Shown here piece after piece: positions 18,341 through 28,910 of a stretch of DNA of 64,000 nt; position 1 is the stretch's first letter, and each line of letters begins with the position of its first letter. The DNA is taken from the NCBI GenBank assembly GCA_964510635.1, contig CAZEBS010000005.1:32016-96015 (forward strand), given 5' to 3'. The translations under genes were made by a program, and so were the position numbers. The notes beneath the pieces were generated by a model. The model saw only the letters and a list, made by a program, of their open reading frames with translations, had not been told where the DNA came from and ran no database searches. This DNA is from an uncultured Candidatus Bathyarchaeia archaeon. Lineage in GTDB: Archaea > Thermoproteota > Bathyarchaeia > Bathyarchaeales > Bathyarchaeaceae.

Positions 18341-19611
18341 AAATTGAATCGCACAAGCAGATAAAGGCTTGCGAAGCCTAACTGAACAAGTGAGGTAATC
18401 ACACCCACTTTCGTGAACTCCGTAAAGCTCACAGATACTCCTTCACGTTTCAGGGCACCTATAGCCATCATAGTCACAGAACCACTCAACGGGGTAGTTG
18501 CACCGCCCAGATTCGTTCCAAGAACCAACGCCGACCACACAGGTGCCGAGTTCAATCCTGCAGTTCCGCCAATTATCGGGGAAAAAGTTAGGGCAATTGC
18601 AATGTTACTTACCGCAGTGCTTGCCAAACCGCTAACCCAAAGAGTTGCCATACTTGCCCCTAATTCGCCTTCTCCAACCGCTTGGAAAAGTTGCTGAGAT
18701 AAACCGTCCAAAAATTTTGTACTTTCTAAACCACCAACAACAAACATGAATCCTGCAATAAAGAATATTGTTTCCCAGTCTAGTTTCTTGAAAATTTCTG
18801 TAGGGTCAGCTCCGCTCAGCGCCAATGCAACGATGGCGCATCCTAAAGCTACAGCTTCTGCTCCAATCCCAAAGTTTTCTAGCGTCAAGAAAAGTACCAC
18901 TAGAAGGATAAGGATGAAAATGGAACGGTAGAAGAGTTTCTTGTCTTCCACGCTCTCCCATGGATCATATTTCGGCAACTCCTTTTTTTCGCCGAGCCTT
19001 GACTTGAAGAGCATATACAAAACAAAGATGGTTATCGCCCAGAGGGCAATTTCACAAACTCCCAAGTAGCCGATAAAGGATGTGAAGCTTAGCCCCGCTT
19101 TAGAACCAATTATCATGTTAGAAACTGAGCCAATCAGGGTGCTTGTACCGCCCAGATTAATCATTATCATAGCAGAAATGAAGTAGGGCACAGGATCATA
19201 ACGTAACAGCTTTGTTATAGTCGCCATGGCAGCAGCAATGAGCAGCATCGCCGTTGGGTCGCTGAGAAACACTGAAACAGCAGCAGCGATGACACAGACA
19301 GAAACAAAAAGTACACTAGGATTTCCCCGCGAAACTTTGACGGCGTACAATGCTCCGAAACGGAAGAGACCACTCCGCTCAGCCACTTCCACCACAATCA
19401 TGATGCCCAGCAACAGAAAGATTAGTCGCATGTCGATGAAGCCCAGAGCCATATCATAATCAAACACCTTGTAGAGAAGACCAAAAAAAGCTGAAAGCAA
19501 AGCTCCGAGCATGGCAGCGACTGACATTGGAAGGATTTTTGTTGCTGAAATGAGAATTGTTAGAACATAGATGAGAATGAAGATTATTTGAGCGGCGTCC
19601 ATGTTATTCAC
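18331..19611 (-). CDS. ArsB/NhaD-superfamily (citrate-transporter-like) anion permease
   Basis: About 10-12 hydrophobic helices over 426 aa, with internal duplication and Gly-rich loops (NLGGTSTLIGS / NLGGATTPLSGS) typical of this superfamily. Confidence 0.7.
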   Translation of the reverse strand: MNNMDAAQIIFILIYVLTILISATKILPMSVAAMLGALLSAFFGLLYKVFDYDMALGFIDMRLIFLLLGIMIVVEVAERSGLFRFGALYAVKVSRGNPSVLFVSVCVIAAAVSVFLSDPTAMLLIAAAMATITKLLRYDPVPYFISAMIMINLGGTSTLIGSVSNMIIGSKAGLSFTSFIGYLGVCEIALWAITIFVLYMLFKSRLGEKKELPKYDPWESVEDKKLFYRSIFILILLVVLFLTLENFGIGAEAVALGCAIVALALSGADPTEIFKKLDWETIFFIAGFMFVVGGLESTKFLDGLSQQLFQAVGEGELGASMATLWVSGLASTAVSNIAIALTFSPIIGGTAGLNSAPVWSALVLGTNLGGATTPLSGSVTMMAIGALKREGVSVSFTEFTKVGVITSLVQLGFASLYLLVRFNLWM

Positions 19612-20146
19612 TGTTCTTCTTTTTGTCAGCCATTTTAGCTAGTCCATCTGCTACAGATTCAGCTTTTCGTTCAACTATTCGATAGAGTATCCGTCCAATA
19701 TCATAGAATAGGACAATTATCATTCCAAGAGCAACATATGTAGTAACGATTGTCAGGGGGTCTTTGATGCTCGGCGCTAAATTTGAGATAATGGGGTAAA
19801 GAGCTGTTGTAATCAACAGAATAACTATAATGTATATTGCGTCTCTCGCTGCTCTCCTAGGAGACCTCTCTTCCTTTATTCCCAGACGTTTCACAAAGAT
19901 GTCAGTTAAAATGTCACTCAACACCAAACCATCCGCCAAGGCACGTATCAGAAAAATGGCTGTAAATATCAACGCAATAGCTCCCACTAAGGCTCCAGCG
20001 TTTAGTATATCGATTCCTGGAAGGGGTATGTCTCCCATCAGTGGCGGAACAATGGTGTTTATCAAATAGAAGATAATTGCCATGACCAGACTCATCGTTA
20101 ACCGAGGAAATCTGCGCCGAACTTCTTCACCAATAGGCTTCCCCAC
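19604..20146 (-). CDS. membrane protein (180 aa, about 4 TM), function unknown
   Basis: Hydrophobic helices. 8-nt overlap with the permease gene. Confidence 0.55.
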   Translation of the reverse strand: MGKPIGEEVRRRFPRLTMSLVMAIIFYLINTIVPPLMGDIPLPGIDILNAGALVGAIALIFTAIFLIRALADGLVLSDILTDIFVKRLGIKEERSPRRAARDAIYIIVILLITTALYPIISNLAPSIKDPLTIVTTYVALGMIIVLFYDIGRILYRIVERKAESVADGLAKMADKKKNSE

Positions 20147-20561
20147 TAATCGTCCATCCTCAAGAATTACTCGTAAGATTTAACACTCCAAGAATATTAA
20201 CACTGCGGATTAGAACTCAACAAATAGACAAAAAAACTTCAGCAAAAATCTTGAAAAACGGATAAAAATTATAGGAACCCTTTGAGGGCACACATGTTTC
20301 AAAGATTTTTGACAAAAACAAGACACAGCACATTAACTACAAAAGAACCTTGAAACTGAGTGAATTATCGCTACAGTTGGCGAAATTTGGTGATGGAAAA
20401 GTTGGTGGTTTTAGTTAAAAAAGCGTCTTTGATGGAGCCACTTTTGTATAGTTTACTGAAACTTTTTGTTGCCAGAATCGCCAATAGGCGTCTTTTACGC
20501 AATTTCCATGGCGTTAAAGCTTTTGTGCTAGAACATACTAACAATCCATTTAACATTTAAC

Positions 20562-20915
20562 ATGAAAGGGGTTACCGTGAAAAAAGAAGAATTGAAGAGA
20601 ATGGCCGTTGTGCTGCAGGAGTTGGGACTAAGTTACTCAGAGACGGTTGAAGTCATAAATGAAATGGCTAAGGACACAAACAACGCCAAAAAGTTATGGA
20701 GAGACGGACACAAATCTAAGCTCATCAAGCTCGCCATCACTCTGATAACTTTTCCGGAACCCACACCCATAAGCGAGACTGTGGGCGCCGCCGTTCTAGT
20801 GGCTGGGCTTGTTCAGAACAGAAGAAAAAAGGCAACATTACATGTGGAAGATGTTTACAAAACCTTCCAAGACGTAAACAATGATATACTGAAAATCAGG
20901 AATTTCAGAAAATAG
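20562..20915 (+). CDS. hypothetical protein (117 aa) with one hydrophobic segment
   Basis: ORF track only. Confidence 0.4.
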   Translation: MKGVTVKKEELKRMAVVLQELGLSYSETVEVINEMAKDTNNAKKLWRDGHKSKLIKLAITLITFPEPTPISETVGAAVLVAGLVQNRRKKATLHVEDVYKTFQDVNNDILKIRNFRK

Positions 20916-20950
20916 CAACCTTAAGTTGCTCTAAACAGCATGCCCCTCAG

Positions 20951-22159
20951 TCAAGTGTGAGGTTTTTTGTCTGGAACCAATTCTTTTAGTTTTTCTTCTG
21001 GTGCGCCCAGACAGTAGAGGATTCCAGCAAGGTTGTCCTTGGTTATGACGCCAGACGCCACCTTCTGAAGAACCTCCTTTGGATAGAGGGCAATCCCCAG
21101 CCCAGAATTTTGGAGCATAAACTTGTCGTTTGCCCCATCGCCCACGGCAACAACTTGTTCCATCAAAAGGTTTTCTCGCTCAGCAATCTCCCGCATTAAC
21201 TCAGCCTTTCGTTCCGCATCAATTATGGGTTCCACCAGCTCGCCGGTTAGTTTTCCATCTTCGATTACAAGCTTGTTGGCGTAAACGTAGTCGATTCCGA
21301 GTTTTTCTTTAATTTTTTCAACAAATTGGGTGAAGCCTCCAGAGATAAGGGCTATTTTGTATCCTAGGGCTTTGAGGGCGGTTATCAGTTCCTCAGCGCC
21401 TGGGGTTACATCCAAGTTTTCGACTATAGAATCAAGGATCTCCTCATCTAAGCCTTTCAAGAGGCGAACCCTTTCTTTGAGTGCCTGTTTGAATTCGATC
21501 TCTCCGTTCATGGCTCTTGAGGTGATTTCGCTGACTTTTCCGCCGACTCCAGCAGCCTTTGCCATCTCGTCAATCATCTCAGCGTCAATCAATGTACCGT
21601 CCACATCAAAGACGATCAGCCGTTTTGGTCTGCGGAAAACTGTGTCCTTCTGAAAAACAACATCTTGCCCAACCGCCTTGCACTCGCGGCTTAAGGCTTC
21701 TTTGAAGTCTTCGATGGGAATGGAGACATCGTTTATGTCGATAAGTATCTCCATAGCATTTAACTCCCCATAGGCTATCATGCGTATTCGTTCAATGTTT
21801 GCGTTGTTTTGAGAAAGAAACCGTGAAACCTTTGCCACAATGCCTGGGCGGTCCTTTCCGAGAGTTGTTAAGAGCACAAGTTTTTTGCCGCTCTTTCGTC
21901 TTCCAGCCGGAAGAGGTTCTATTGTAACATCTAAACCGATCTGTTTCCCGATGTTCATGAGTTGAGTTTTTAGGCTCTCGAAGGGTACCGATATTTTGCG
22001 GCAGTCCACTATCATGAAGATGGCGAAGAGCCCCCTCATGCTGAAGGCTTCGATGTCAATGATGTTGCCGTTTACCTTGGCAACAGATTCTGTTATCTCA
22101 GTAGTTAAACCTGGTTTGTCTTTTCCAGTTGCTGTAATCACTACGAAAGGCTTAGACAT
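20951..22159 (-). CDS. serB: phosphoserine phosphatase SerB with two N-terminal ACT domains
   Basis: HAD motif I is IVFDVDGTLID. Also SGGFT and GDGANDKFML. Two ACT-like repeats are present (VVITATGKDKPGLT..., LVLLTTLGKDRPGIV...). Confidence 0.9.
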   Translation of the reverse strand: MSKPFVVITATGKDKPGLTTEITESVAKVNGNIIDIEAFSMRGLFAIFMIVDCRKISVPFESLKTQLMNIGKQIGLDVTIEPLPAGRRKSGKKLVLLTTLGKDRPGIVAKVSRFLSQNNANIERIRMIAYGELNAMEILIDINDVSIPIEDFKEALSRECKAVGQDVVFQKDTVFRRPKRLIVFDVDGTLIDAEMIDEMAKAAGVGGKVSEITSRAMNGEIEFKQALKERVRLLKGLDEEILDSIVENLDVTPGAEELITALKALGYKIALISGGFTQFVEKIKEKLGIDYVYANKLVIEDGKLTGELVEPIIDAERKAELMREIAERENLLMEQVVAVGDGANDKFMLQNSGLGIALYPKEVLQKVASGVITKDNLAGILYCLGAPEEKLKELVPDKKPHT

Positions 22160-22277
22160 GTTGGCACTTCCCCTCAGAAGAGCGTTTTTCCAATCAGCGA
22201 ATAGTCTCCCTCTCCAGTTAAATAAATATAGCTTTCGGCGATGATGCCAGTTTTTTCTGCTGACTAGATTTTGTGGA

Positions 22278-23216
22278 TTAGATGAGTGTTTGGAACAGCA
22301 GGTATGACGCCAACAGGATTACGCCGCCAATTTTGGAGATTCCACCTCTTGTGAGAAAACGCCAGAAGATTACTGTTGTTATCAACAGGAATGGAAGAAG
22401 CTCTGTGAAGATTGCCGTGTCAACTGCAAAGGGGGAAACCAGAAGAACCAAACCCAAAACAAGAGTGAGATTTGTGAGGTTAGAGCCGATTATTCCTCCG
22501 ATTGCCAAGTGAACACGTCCACGTCGGACAGCCGAAAAGTCTGTGGTTAGTTCAGGAAGAGAGGTGCCGATGGCGATAACTTTTGCTCCAAGCAGGATTG
22601 CCGGAGCCCCAAGAAGTGATGCAAGTTCGAGTCCAGACGTAACTACCAAGTTCGCTGCCACAATAACACCTATCAATGCAACCAGCAGCATCAAAACAAT
22701 TTTTGGCAGGCCTTTCCTCTCAGGAGGAGCCACTACCCCATTTGATTCAACTGCAGGCAACCTCTTTTTTGCCATGAAGTATGTGTTCACCACAAAAGTT
22801 GCCAATAGAATTACGCCAACAATGGGGCTTGACACTTTGAATATTACGAGAAGAAGAGGAATTAAGGAAGTGATTAAGAGGATGTCCGTAAGTTCAGTCA
22901 AAAGGTTTGTGCAGCATGTTTTGAGGTAACCTAAAATGCCTAGTAGCCCTAGAACTGCTCCTATGTTAAAAACGTTTGAACCAAGAATGTCTCCCACGCT
23001 TATTCCGGCTTCTCCTTGAAGAACAGCGAAGAGGGCTACAATTATTTCAGGCACTGAAGTTAATGTGGCAAGAAGGATGAATCCTGCAGACATCTCGCTT
23101 AAGCCAGTGAGCTCAATAAGTTTCTCTATAGCCTTTATTGTGTAGTGACTAGAAAAAGCCAGAACAACTAATGACCCAACAAGAATCAGCAGCTGGACTA
23201 TGATATTGTCAATCAC
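22278..23216 (-). CDS. Ca2+/cation antiporter (CaCA family, YrbG/MaX1-like)
   Basis: Two alpha-repeats, GDILGSNVFNI and GGIIGSNLTNLT, with about 10 TM helices. Confidence 0.85.
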   Translation of the reverse strand: MIDNIIVQLLILVGSLVVLAFSSHYTIKAIEKLIELTGLSEMSAGFILLATLTSVPEIIVALFAVLQGEAGISVGDILGSNVFNIGAVLGLLGILGYLKTCCTNLLTELTDILLITSLIPLLLVIFKVSSPIVGVILLATFVVNTYFMAKKRLPAVESNGVVAPPERKGLPKIVLMLLVALIGVIVAANLVVTSGLELASLLGAPAILLGAKVIAIGTSLPELTTDFSAVRRGRVHLAIGGIIGSNLTNLTLVLGLVLLVSPFAVDTAIFTELLPFLLITTVIFWRFLTRGGISKIGGVILLASYLLFQTLI

Positions 23217-23520
23217 GGTGTCAAACCTAGAATGTTCTGTTGATTGGAATTAGATATGTGTTACCAAAAGAACACACAAAAATGGGAAAAATCACGGCTA
23301 GTCACAGACCCCAAGTTGACTAGTTGGCAGAACTGCACTAAAACTGCTTAAAATTTAAATGGGCTTTCACAGTTAGTTAATCAAAAAATTCATGAGATTG
23401 GTATGCTGTTGATAACAAAATTTTTGCATCCCCGTCTTGAAACGTTCACTGCGGAACAAACAGGTCAATCAGGATTCGGCACAACAACTTATGTACAACA
23501 TGTCCAGAAGGTGAATTAAC

Positions 23521-24501
23521 ATGGTCATGGAACTTGTAGCCGAGTTACTAAAGTTAACAATTCTTACAGCCTTGGCTATAGCAGGAGTATTAATTATCAC
23601 CTTATGGAAGAAGAATCAGACAATAAAAGTAACTTACATCAGGTTCGTCATTCAAGCAGCATCCTTGGCCGCAGTATTCTACTTGTTTACGTATTCTGTA
23701 AGACCACTCTACATATTGGCGTTTATTCTCATAATGACTATTGTTTTGGGACGATTCTTCTGCGGCTGGATCTGCCCCTTCGGCTTATACATGGATGTGC
23801 TCACCCTAATCAGAAAAGCCCTCAAAATACGCTACAGAATCATCCCAGACAGACTCAACAAGCTCTTGCACAACCTCAGATACGTGATTGTAATCCTCTT
23901 TCTAGTTCTAGCTGCTGTTCTGTACATAATAGACCCGCCCGCAACAACAAAGGAGTTAACGCTTACTGCATTAGGTTTAGCGGGTGTTTTCGAACAGATG
24001 TATCTCTTGCTTGGTCCCGTGGTGCCGCTTATTGTACCTTGGACGGGCCCCCTAGAAATTGGCGGATTAAACTTTAGTTTCCCCTACGTTCGAGAAGTGA
24101 TGTTATACTCTGGCGACGATTTTGCCACAGTCGGCGCGTTAATTTTCTTGGCACTGGTAGTTGTAGGCTCATTCTTCATAAGACGTTGTTGGTGCCGCTT
24201 CTGCCCAACAGGAATATCGATCGCTGTCGTGAATAAGATCAAGGGTTTCAAGTGGGCTCCATTACTTCACCTTGACAAGAACGAAACAAAATGTACTAAA
24301 TGCGGAATATGCAAAAGAGTGTGCCCAGTGCAGGTTACTGAAGTTTACGAACAGACGGGAGGAAAAGTAATGACTTCAATGTGCATGCTCTGTTTACGAT
24401 GTGTTGAGATGTGTCCTTACGAGGGTTGCTTGAGAGTAAACTTGGGCGGAAAAACCGTTTTCAAGTCTCGGAACTGGTTGGAACCGTCAGAACTTGATTA
24501 G
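23521..24501 (+). CDS. NapH/MauN-like membrane 4Fe-4S protein
   Basis: TM helices with FCGWICPFG and CWCRFCPTG motifs. The C-terminus has two ferredoxin motifs, CTKCGICKRVCP and CMLCLRCVEMCP. Confidence 0.8.
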   Translation: MVMELVAELLKLTILTALAIAGVLIITLWKKNQTIKVTYIRFVIQAASLAAVFYLFTYSVRPLYILAFILIMTIVLGRFFCGWICPFGLYMDVLTLIRKALKIRYRIIPDRLNKLLHNLRYVIVILFLVLAAVLYIIDPPATTKELTLTALGLAGVFEQMYLLLGPVVPLIVPWTGPLEIGGLNFSFPYVREVMLYSGDDFATVGALIFLALVVVGSFFIRRCWCRFCPTGISIAVVNKIKGFKWAPLLHLDKNETKCTKCGICKRVCPVQVTEVYEQTGGKVMTSMCMLCLRCVEMCPYEGCLRVNLGGKTVFKSRNWLEPSELD

Positions 24502-24650
24502 ACGCCATAACGGGTTTTTGGTGTTATCTGTTTTTCAGCAGCATTTTCCATTTTAGATGATATGCTGAAGGTGTAACATGGGTTCAAGAAATTCTTAAAA
24601 GCGATGTCGAATTATGAATGTTGCATAAAAGATAGTAATTTACCATTCCT

Positions 24651-27605
24651 GTGAGTGAACTAATTATGGTCTCTCGATCAAAGAAACTGAAACTGTTTTT
24701 GTTGGCTGATTTAATAATTCTGGCTCTTGTAATTCCAGGTTACTTCTATGTTGAGGGACAGATTTTAGAACCTGCCAACTTTCAAGTAACAGATTTGACA
24801 GTTAATCCTGATTGGATACAAGTTGGAGAAACTTTCGAGATATCGGTTAACGTAACTAATACTGGAGACAGGAGCGGTAACTACACAGTAACCCCAGCAA
24901 TAGATGATATTCCGATATCAACAAAAACAGTGCAGCTTGCAGGTGGAGAAACTACAACAGTCGTATTCACAGCCACACAGGCAACTGAAGGCAACCACAC
25001 AGTTGCAGTGGGGGACGTGACTGAAACATTCCAAGTCAGTTCGGAAGCACCAAACAAACCAGCTGAACTGCAATTAACGGATCTGGTAACTAGCCGAAAA
25101 GAGGCTGAAGTCGGAGACCACATAATTGTTTCAGTTACGGCAACAAACGTCGGCGACGAAGCGGGGGAGTTCTCGTTGGAACTGTTCGTTAACGATCAGA
25201 AGAGAGAAACAAAAAGCATCCAGCTAGATGCTGACGAAACCACATCTGTACAGTTTGAAATTATTGAAAACTCTGAAGGCGAATACACGGTTAAGTTAGG
25301 GTCGTTGACCACATCATTCACAATCACTTCTGAGGCTCAACCAGTTAAACCTGCAGAGTTCCAAGTAACCGATTTAACGGTTAATCCCTCCTCCGCAATA
25401 GCAAGCGAAGCTGTAAAAATCTCAGTTAAGGTAACTAATGTCGGAGAGGAATCTGGAAGCTACACTGTGAACCTCAAAATTGATGGCACAACAGCAGACA
25501 CAAAAACTGTCACATTGTCTGGCGCCGCAACCCAGCTTATTGAATTTAGTGTAACGGAAACAAACGCTGGCACACACACTGTTGAAGTCGGCGGTCAATC
25601 AGGAACATTCACTGTTGAAGCCCCTGTTGTTGCATCAGACAAAATTGATTTGCTGAGGGTGTTTGTAAGTCCATATGAAGTGTGGATAGGAGAGACAGTA
25701 ACTATCACAGTTAAAGCCAGCAACACAGCAAACGAAGAGGCAGTCCTTGGCGCAAGGCTTCTTGTCGCGGGCGAGGCTGTTGCAACAAATACGGTTACTT
25801 TGGCTGCAGGGGAATCTGATGGAACACTTCAATTTACAGTTACAGCAGGTCCATCAAACGAGGAGACAACAAAAGGTTACCCCGTCGAGATAATAAACCT
25901 CGGCAACCAAAGCGACAGACTAAAAGGCTATTTCACAGTTGCCCCAAACGGCTTCCACACGCTCTCTATTAATAGGGCAGGCGGCGGCAGCAAACCAATG
26001 ATATTCATTCTGGATGGCGTAACATACGAAAGCCCATATGTTAAACTTTTGCCCGTGGGAGAATACAGCATCAGCACAGACAAAACTGTCGATGTTGGAA
26101 CAGGAGTAGTAGAGTTTGATCACTGGAATGATGGGGTGACAAGTGAATCAAGGACCATAGTCTTGGACAAGTTCCTTTCAGTGCTTGCTCATTATATCGT
26201 AATCAGCGGATATGCGTCATGTCCTTCACTGTATTACTGGAATGGAACAGACTATGTCTATGTCACAGAGGTTTCGAACGCGGGCTGGCTAGGATACATA
26301 GACTACATTGAGGAGGATGGTGACATCGTGTTCGGTGGAGGAAACCCATGGGACCACGTTAAATTGGACGCAAGCCAATTACAAACAAGAACAGAAAACG
26401 GTCAAGAATATTACGATATTGTCCTCTTCCAACAATGGGATGAAATCTTCTACATGGACACCGCATACATGGTCGTTGTTGACCACCCCAGCGATGTCGA
26501 CGCATACTCAACAATGGTCAATTACGTCAACCGCGGCTTCTACGGCCAAATCTACACCGTAGACGGAGACAACTTATTAACACCAATTTCTGCCATAAAC
26601 GAAAACGGAGAAGATGTTCTAGCTTTAATCGCGGAACAGGACGACGCCTTCACTCCAGCCATCAATGGAGTCGACAGCCCATCATGGGACAACATTAAGG
26701 TAAACCAGTTAACGCTAGATTTGGGAGACTTATCTGATGCACAGGAAATCAAACTGGTAATCAACGGAATGGTCGATTGGGGACCAGCTGGACCATATTA
26801 CGAGTGGATAGATCAGTTTAAGACAGCAGCCGCCCAAGGTTTAGTGCCAAATGGTACACAGATTAACCCGCCCGCGTACATGGAAGTTATGGATGCACAA
26901 GGTAATTGGATACGAGTCCCACAGGATAGGCAGATGCCGATTCCTGGAGACTATGTTCCCAGAACCTTCTCTGTGGACTTGAATGGGCTTTTCCCCGCAG
27001 ACGTAACCGAATACAAGATCAGAATCACCAACTTCTGGAATGTAACGTTCGATTACATCGGAATTGACATTAGCCCACAAGAAGACATAACAGTTACTGA
27101 AATTCTTCCTGAGGCATTTTTTGAGCCGCTGGTGTTTGCTGACACAACTTCGACCGCTTCAGGAATGTTCACAAAGTATGGTGACGTAACAGAGTTGCTT
27201 CTTGAGGCAGATGACATGTATGTTATCGGAATGCAGGGTGACCGAGTGGCACTAAAGTTTCCTACATCAAGTCTTCCGCCTCTTGAAGAGGGTACAGAAA
27301 GAAGTTACTTCCTGTATGTAGCCTCATGGTTCAAAGACACGATAGGTAATTGGGGTTACGGATTTGATTTCACAGTAGAACCGTTTCCTTTCCGGAACAT
27401 GAGTGGGTTCCCATACCCAGACACAGAAAGCTACCCCACCAGCGAAGAGTATACGCAATACATCAACGAATGGAATACACGAGCAGTGAACATGCCTGAA
27501 AGGAACTCTAGCATGCCTCTCGTAGCTGAATTTATGAAGTATATGGCGTTTGCAGGAGCGGCTATAGCAGCAATACTAGTTACTCTGATATGGAAGAAAT
27601 CTTAA
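24651..27605 (+). CDS. large surface protein with four tandem CARDB-like repeats, an about 550-aa C-terminal ectodomain and a C-terminal TM anchor
   Basis: N-terminal signal-anchor helix. Repeats of about 95 aa read FQVTDLTVNP..V.V.NVG...G.YTV.L.IDG....KTV.L.G..T..V.F......G.HTV.VG. The C-terminus is AFAGAAIAAILVTLIWKKS. Confidence 0.85.
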   Translation: MSELIMVSRSKKLKLFLLADLIILALVIPGYFYVEGQILEPANFQVTDLTVNPDWIQVGETFEISVNVTNTGDRSGNYTVTPAIDDIPISTKTVQLAGGETTTVVFTATQATEGNHTVAVGDVTETFQVSSEAPNKPAELQLTDLVTSRKEAEVGDHIIVSVTATNVGDEAGEFSLELFVNDQKRETKSIQLDADETTSVQFEIIENSEGEYTVKLGSLTTSFTITSEAQPVKPAEFQVTDLTVNPSSAIASEAVKISVKVTNVGEESGSYTVNLKIDGTTADTKTVTLSGAATQLIEFSVTETNAGTHTVEVGGQSGTFTVEAPVVASDKIDLLRVFVSPYEVWIGETVTITVKASNTANEEAVLGARLLVAGEAVATNTVTLAAGESDGTLQFTVTAGPSNEETTKGYPVEIINLGNQSDRLKGYFTVAPNGFHTLSINRAGGGSKPMIFILDGVTYESPYVKLLPVGEYSISTDKTVDVGTGVVEFDHWNDGVTSESRTIVLDKFLSVLAHYIVISGYASCPSLYYWNGTDYVYVTEVSNAGWLGYIDYIEEDGDIVFGGGNPWDHVKLDASQLQTRTENGQEYYDIVLFQQWDEIFYMDTAYMVVVDHPSDVDAYSTMVNYVNRGFYGQIYTVDGDNLLTPISAINENGEDVLALIAEQDDAFTPAINGVDSPSWDNIKVNQLTLDLGDLSDAQEIKLVINGMVDWGPAGPYYEWIDQFKTAAAQGLVPNGTQINPPAYMEVMDAQGNWIRVPQDRQMPIPGDYVPRTFSVDLNGLFPADVTEYKIRITNFWNVTFDYIGIDISPQEDITVTEILPEAFFEPLVFADTTSTASGMFTKYGDVTELLLEADDMYVIGMQGDRVALKFPTSSLPPLEEGTERSYFLYVASWFKDTIGNWGYGFDFTVEPFPFRNMSGFPYPDTESYPTSEEYTQYINEWNTRAVNMPERNSSMPLVAEFMKYMAFAGAAIAAILVTLIWKKS
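24768..25900 (+). repeat. coding tandem repeats (4 CARDB-like modules) inside the surface-protein gene
   Basis: Repeat boundaries were read from the translated protein, at approximately aa 40-135, 136-233, 234-328 and 329-415. Confidence 0.7.
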
Positions 27606-27624
27606 ACAAAAAAAAGGGAGAAAA

Positions 27625-28851
27625 TTAGGTTCTGGCGGCTGCTTTCTCCAGAGCCACAACTCCGGGCAGCTGCTTCCCCATAAGGAACTCTATTAGAGCG
27701 CCTCCTGCAGTGCTAACGTAGGACATTTTTTCGGCCAGCCCCAATTTTTCTACGGCGGCAACGGTGTGTCCTCCGCCAACAAGAGAGAAGCCTTCAGAGT
27801 TAGCTACCGCATTAAGAACAATCTCAGAGCCCTTCTTGAATTCTGGATTCTCGAAGACACCCACAGGACCACTGACCACGATGGTTTTGGCTTTAAGTAT
27901 TATATCAGCGAACTTCTTTGCGGTTTCTGTTCCAATGTCCAAGACATTATAGTTTGTCGGAAGCGCGTCAACAGTAATTTCCTGTCGTTTATTGTCAACG
28001 TCCATAGCTAAGTCAATGGGAACGATAACGGCTCCAGGATATTTGCTCATGAGTTCCTTTATTCCTGGAACTAGTCCCATCAGCTCTTTCTTCTCCAAGA
28101 AGGCCATATTTCCAGGACCCAAGTCAAAACCTTTTGCCACCAGAAAGATGTGCCCGATTACTCCGCCTGTTAGAACGTAGTCTGCGATGCCGTTCTTCAG
28201 CACATAGTTAGATATGTCAAGAGAGTCGTCGCCTTTTGCACCGCCAATCACAAACACTGAGGGCTTTTCAGGAGCCTCCAGAACTTTACCTAAAGCTTTG
28301 AGTTCCCGCTCCATTATTCTGCCAGCGGCGCTGGGTAAAACAGCTGTGAAGCCGACCATTGAGATGTGTGCCCTGTGAGCCGCAGCAAAGGCATCATTAA
28401 TGAAGATGTCTGCCAGAGGAGCCAAGTTTTTCACGAAGTCGGTTTTAGAGTGCTCTTCAGGCGACGCCTTCTTTTGCTCGTTTGAAACGCCTCGAACGTT
28501 CCCTAAGACCAGAACTTCTCCGCTCTTCAACGCCTTGATGGCATTTTGAGCAGCCTCTCCGAAGACATCATCCACATACTTCACGGGCATGCCTAACGCT
28601 TTGCCGAGAAGCTCAGCATGCTGATTAAGAGGAATAAAGTCTGCGTCTCCAGGTCTGCCTTGATGAGCTAAAATCACTGTTTTTGCGCCTTTTTGAACAA
28701 GTTCTTTGATGGTTGCGTCTGCGTGGGCACGGATTCTTTTGTCATTGATGATTTTTTTGGTTTGTGGGTCAAGGGGCGAGTTAAAGTCGACTCGCACAAA
28801 GACTGATTTGTTTTTTAGGTTGAAATCGTCTATTGTCAAGAATTTTGGCAT
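27625..28851 (-). CDS. pgk: phosphoglycerate kinase (archaeal type)
   Basis: FLTIDDFNLKNKSVFVRVDFNSPL...ILAHQGRPG...GGG..A. Confidence 0.95.
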   Translation of the reverse strand: MPKFLTIDDFNLKNKSVFVRVDFNSPLDPQTKKIINDKRIRAHADATIKELVQKGAKTVILAHQGRPGDADFIPLNQHAELLGKALGMPVKYVDDVFGEAAQNAIKALKSGEVLVLGNVRGVSNEQKKASPEEHSKTDFVKNLAPLADIFINDAFAAAHRAHISMVGFTAVLPSAAGRIMERELKALGKVLEAPEKPSVFVIGGAKGDDSLDISNYVLKNGIADYVLTGGVIGHIFLVAKGFDLGPGNMAFLEKKELMGLVPGIKELMSKYPGAVIVPIDLAMDVDNKRQEITVDALPTNYNVLDIGTETAKKFADIILKAKTIVVSGPVGVFENPEFKKGSEIVLNAVANSEGFSLVGGGHTVAAVEKLGLAEKMSYVSTAGGALIEFLMGKQLPGVVALEKAAART

Positions 28852-28910
28852 TTTATCACCTACTTAAAAAAAGGAAAGGGGTGGGATTTGAGAGTTTTGT
28901 TGTTTTCCTT

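Noticed and set aside
20360-20560. 66-aa and 61-aa ORFs in the 400-nt divergent spacer
   Set aside because: They overlap each other on opposite strands, are AT-rich and have no motif.
23604-24077. 157-aa plus-strand alternate-frame ORF
   Set aside because: It is the +1 frame of the NapH-like gene. The NapH-like frame carries the CGWICPFG and ferredoxin motifs.
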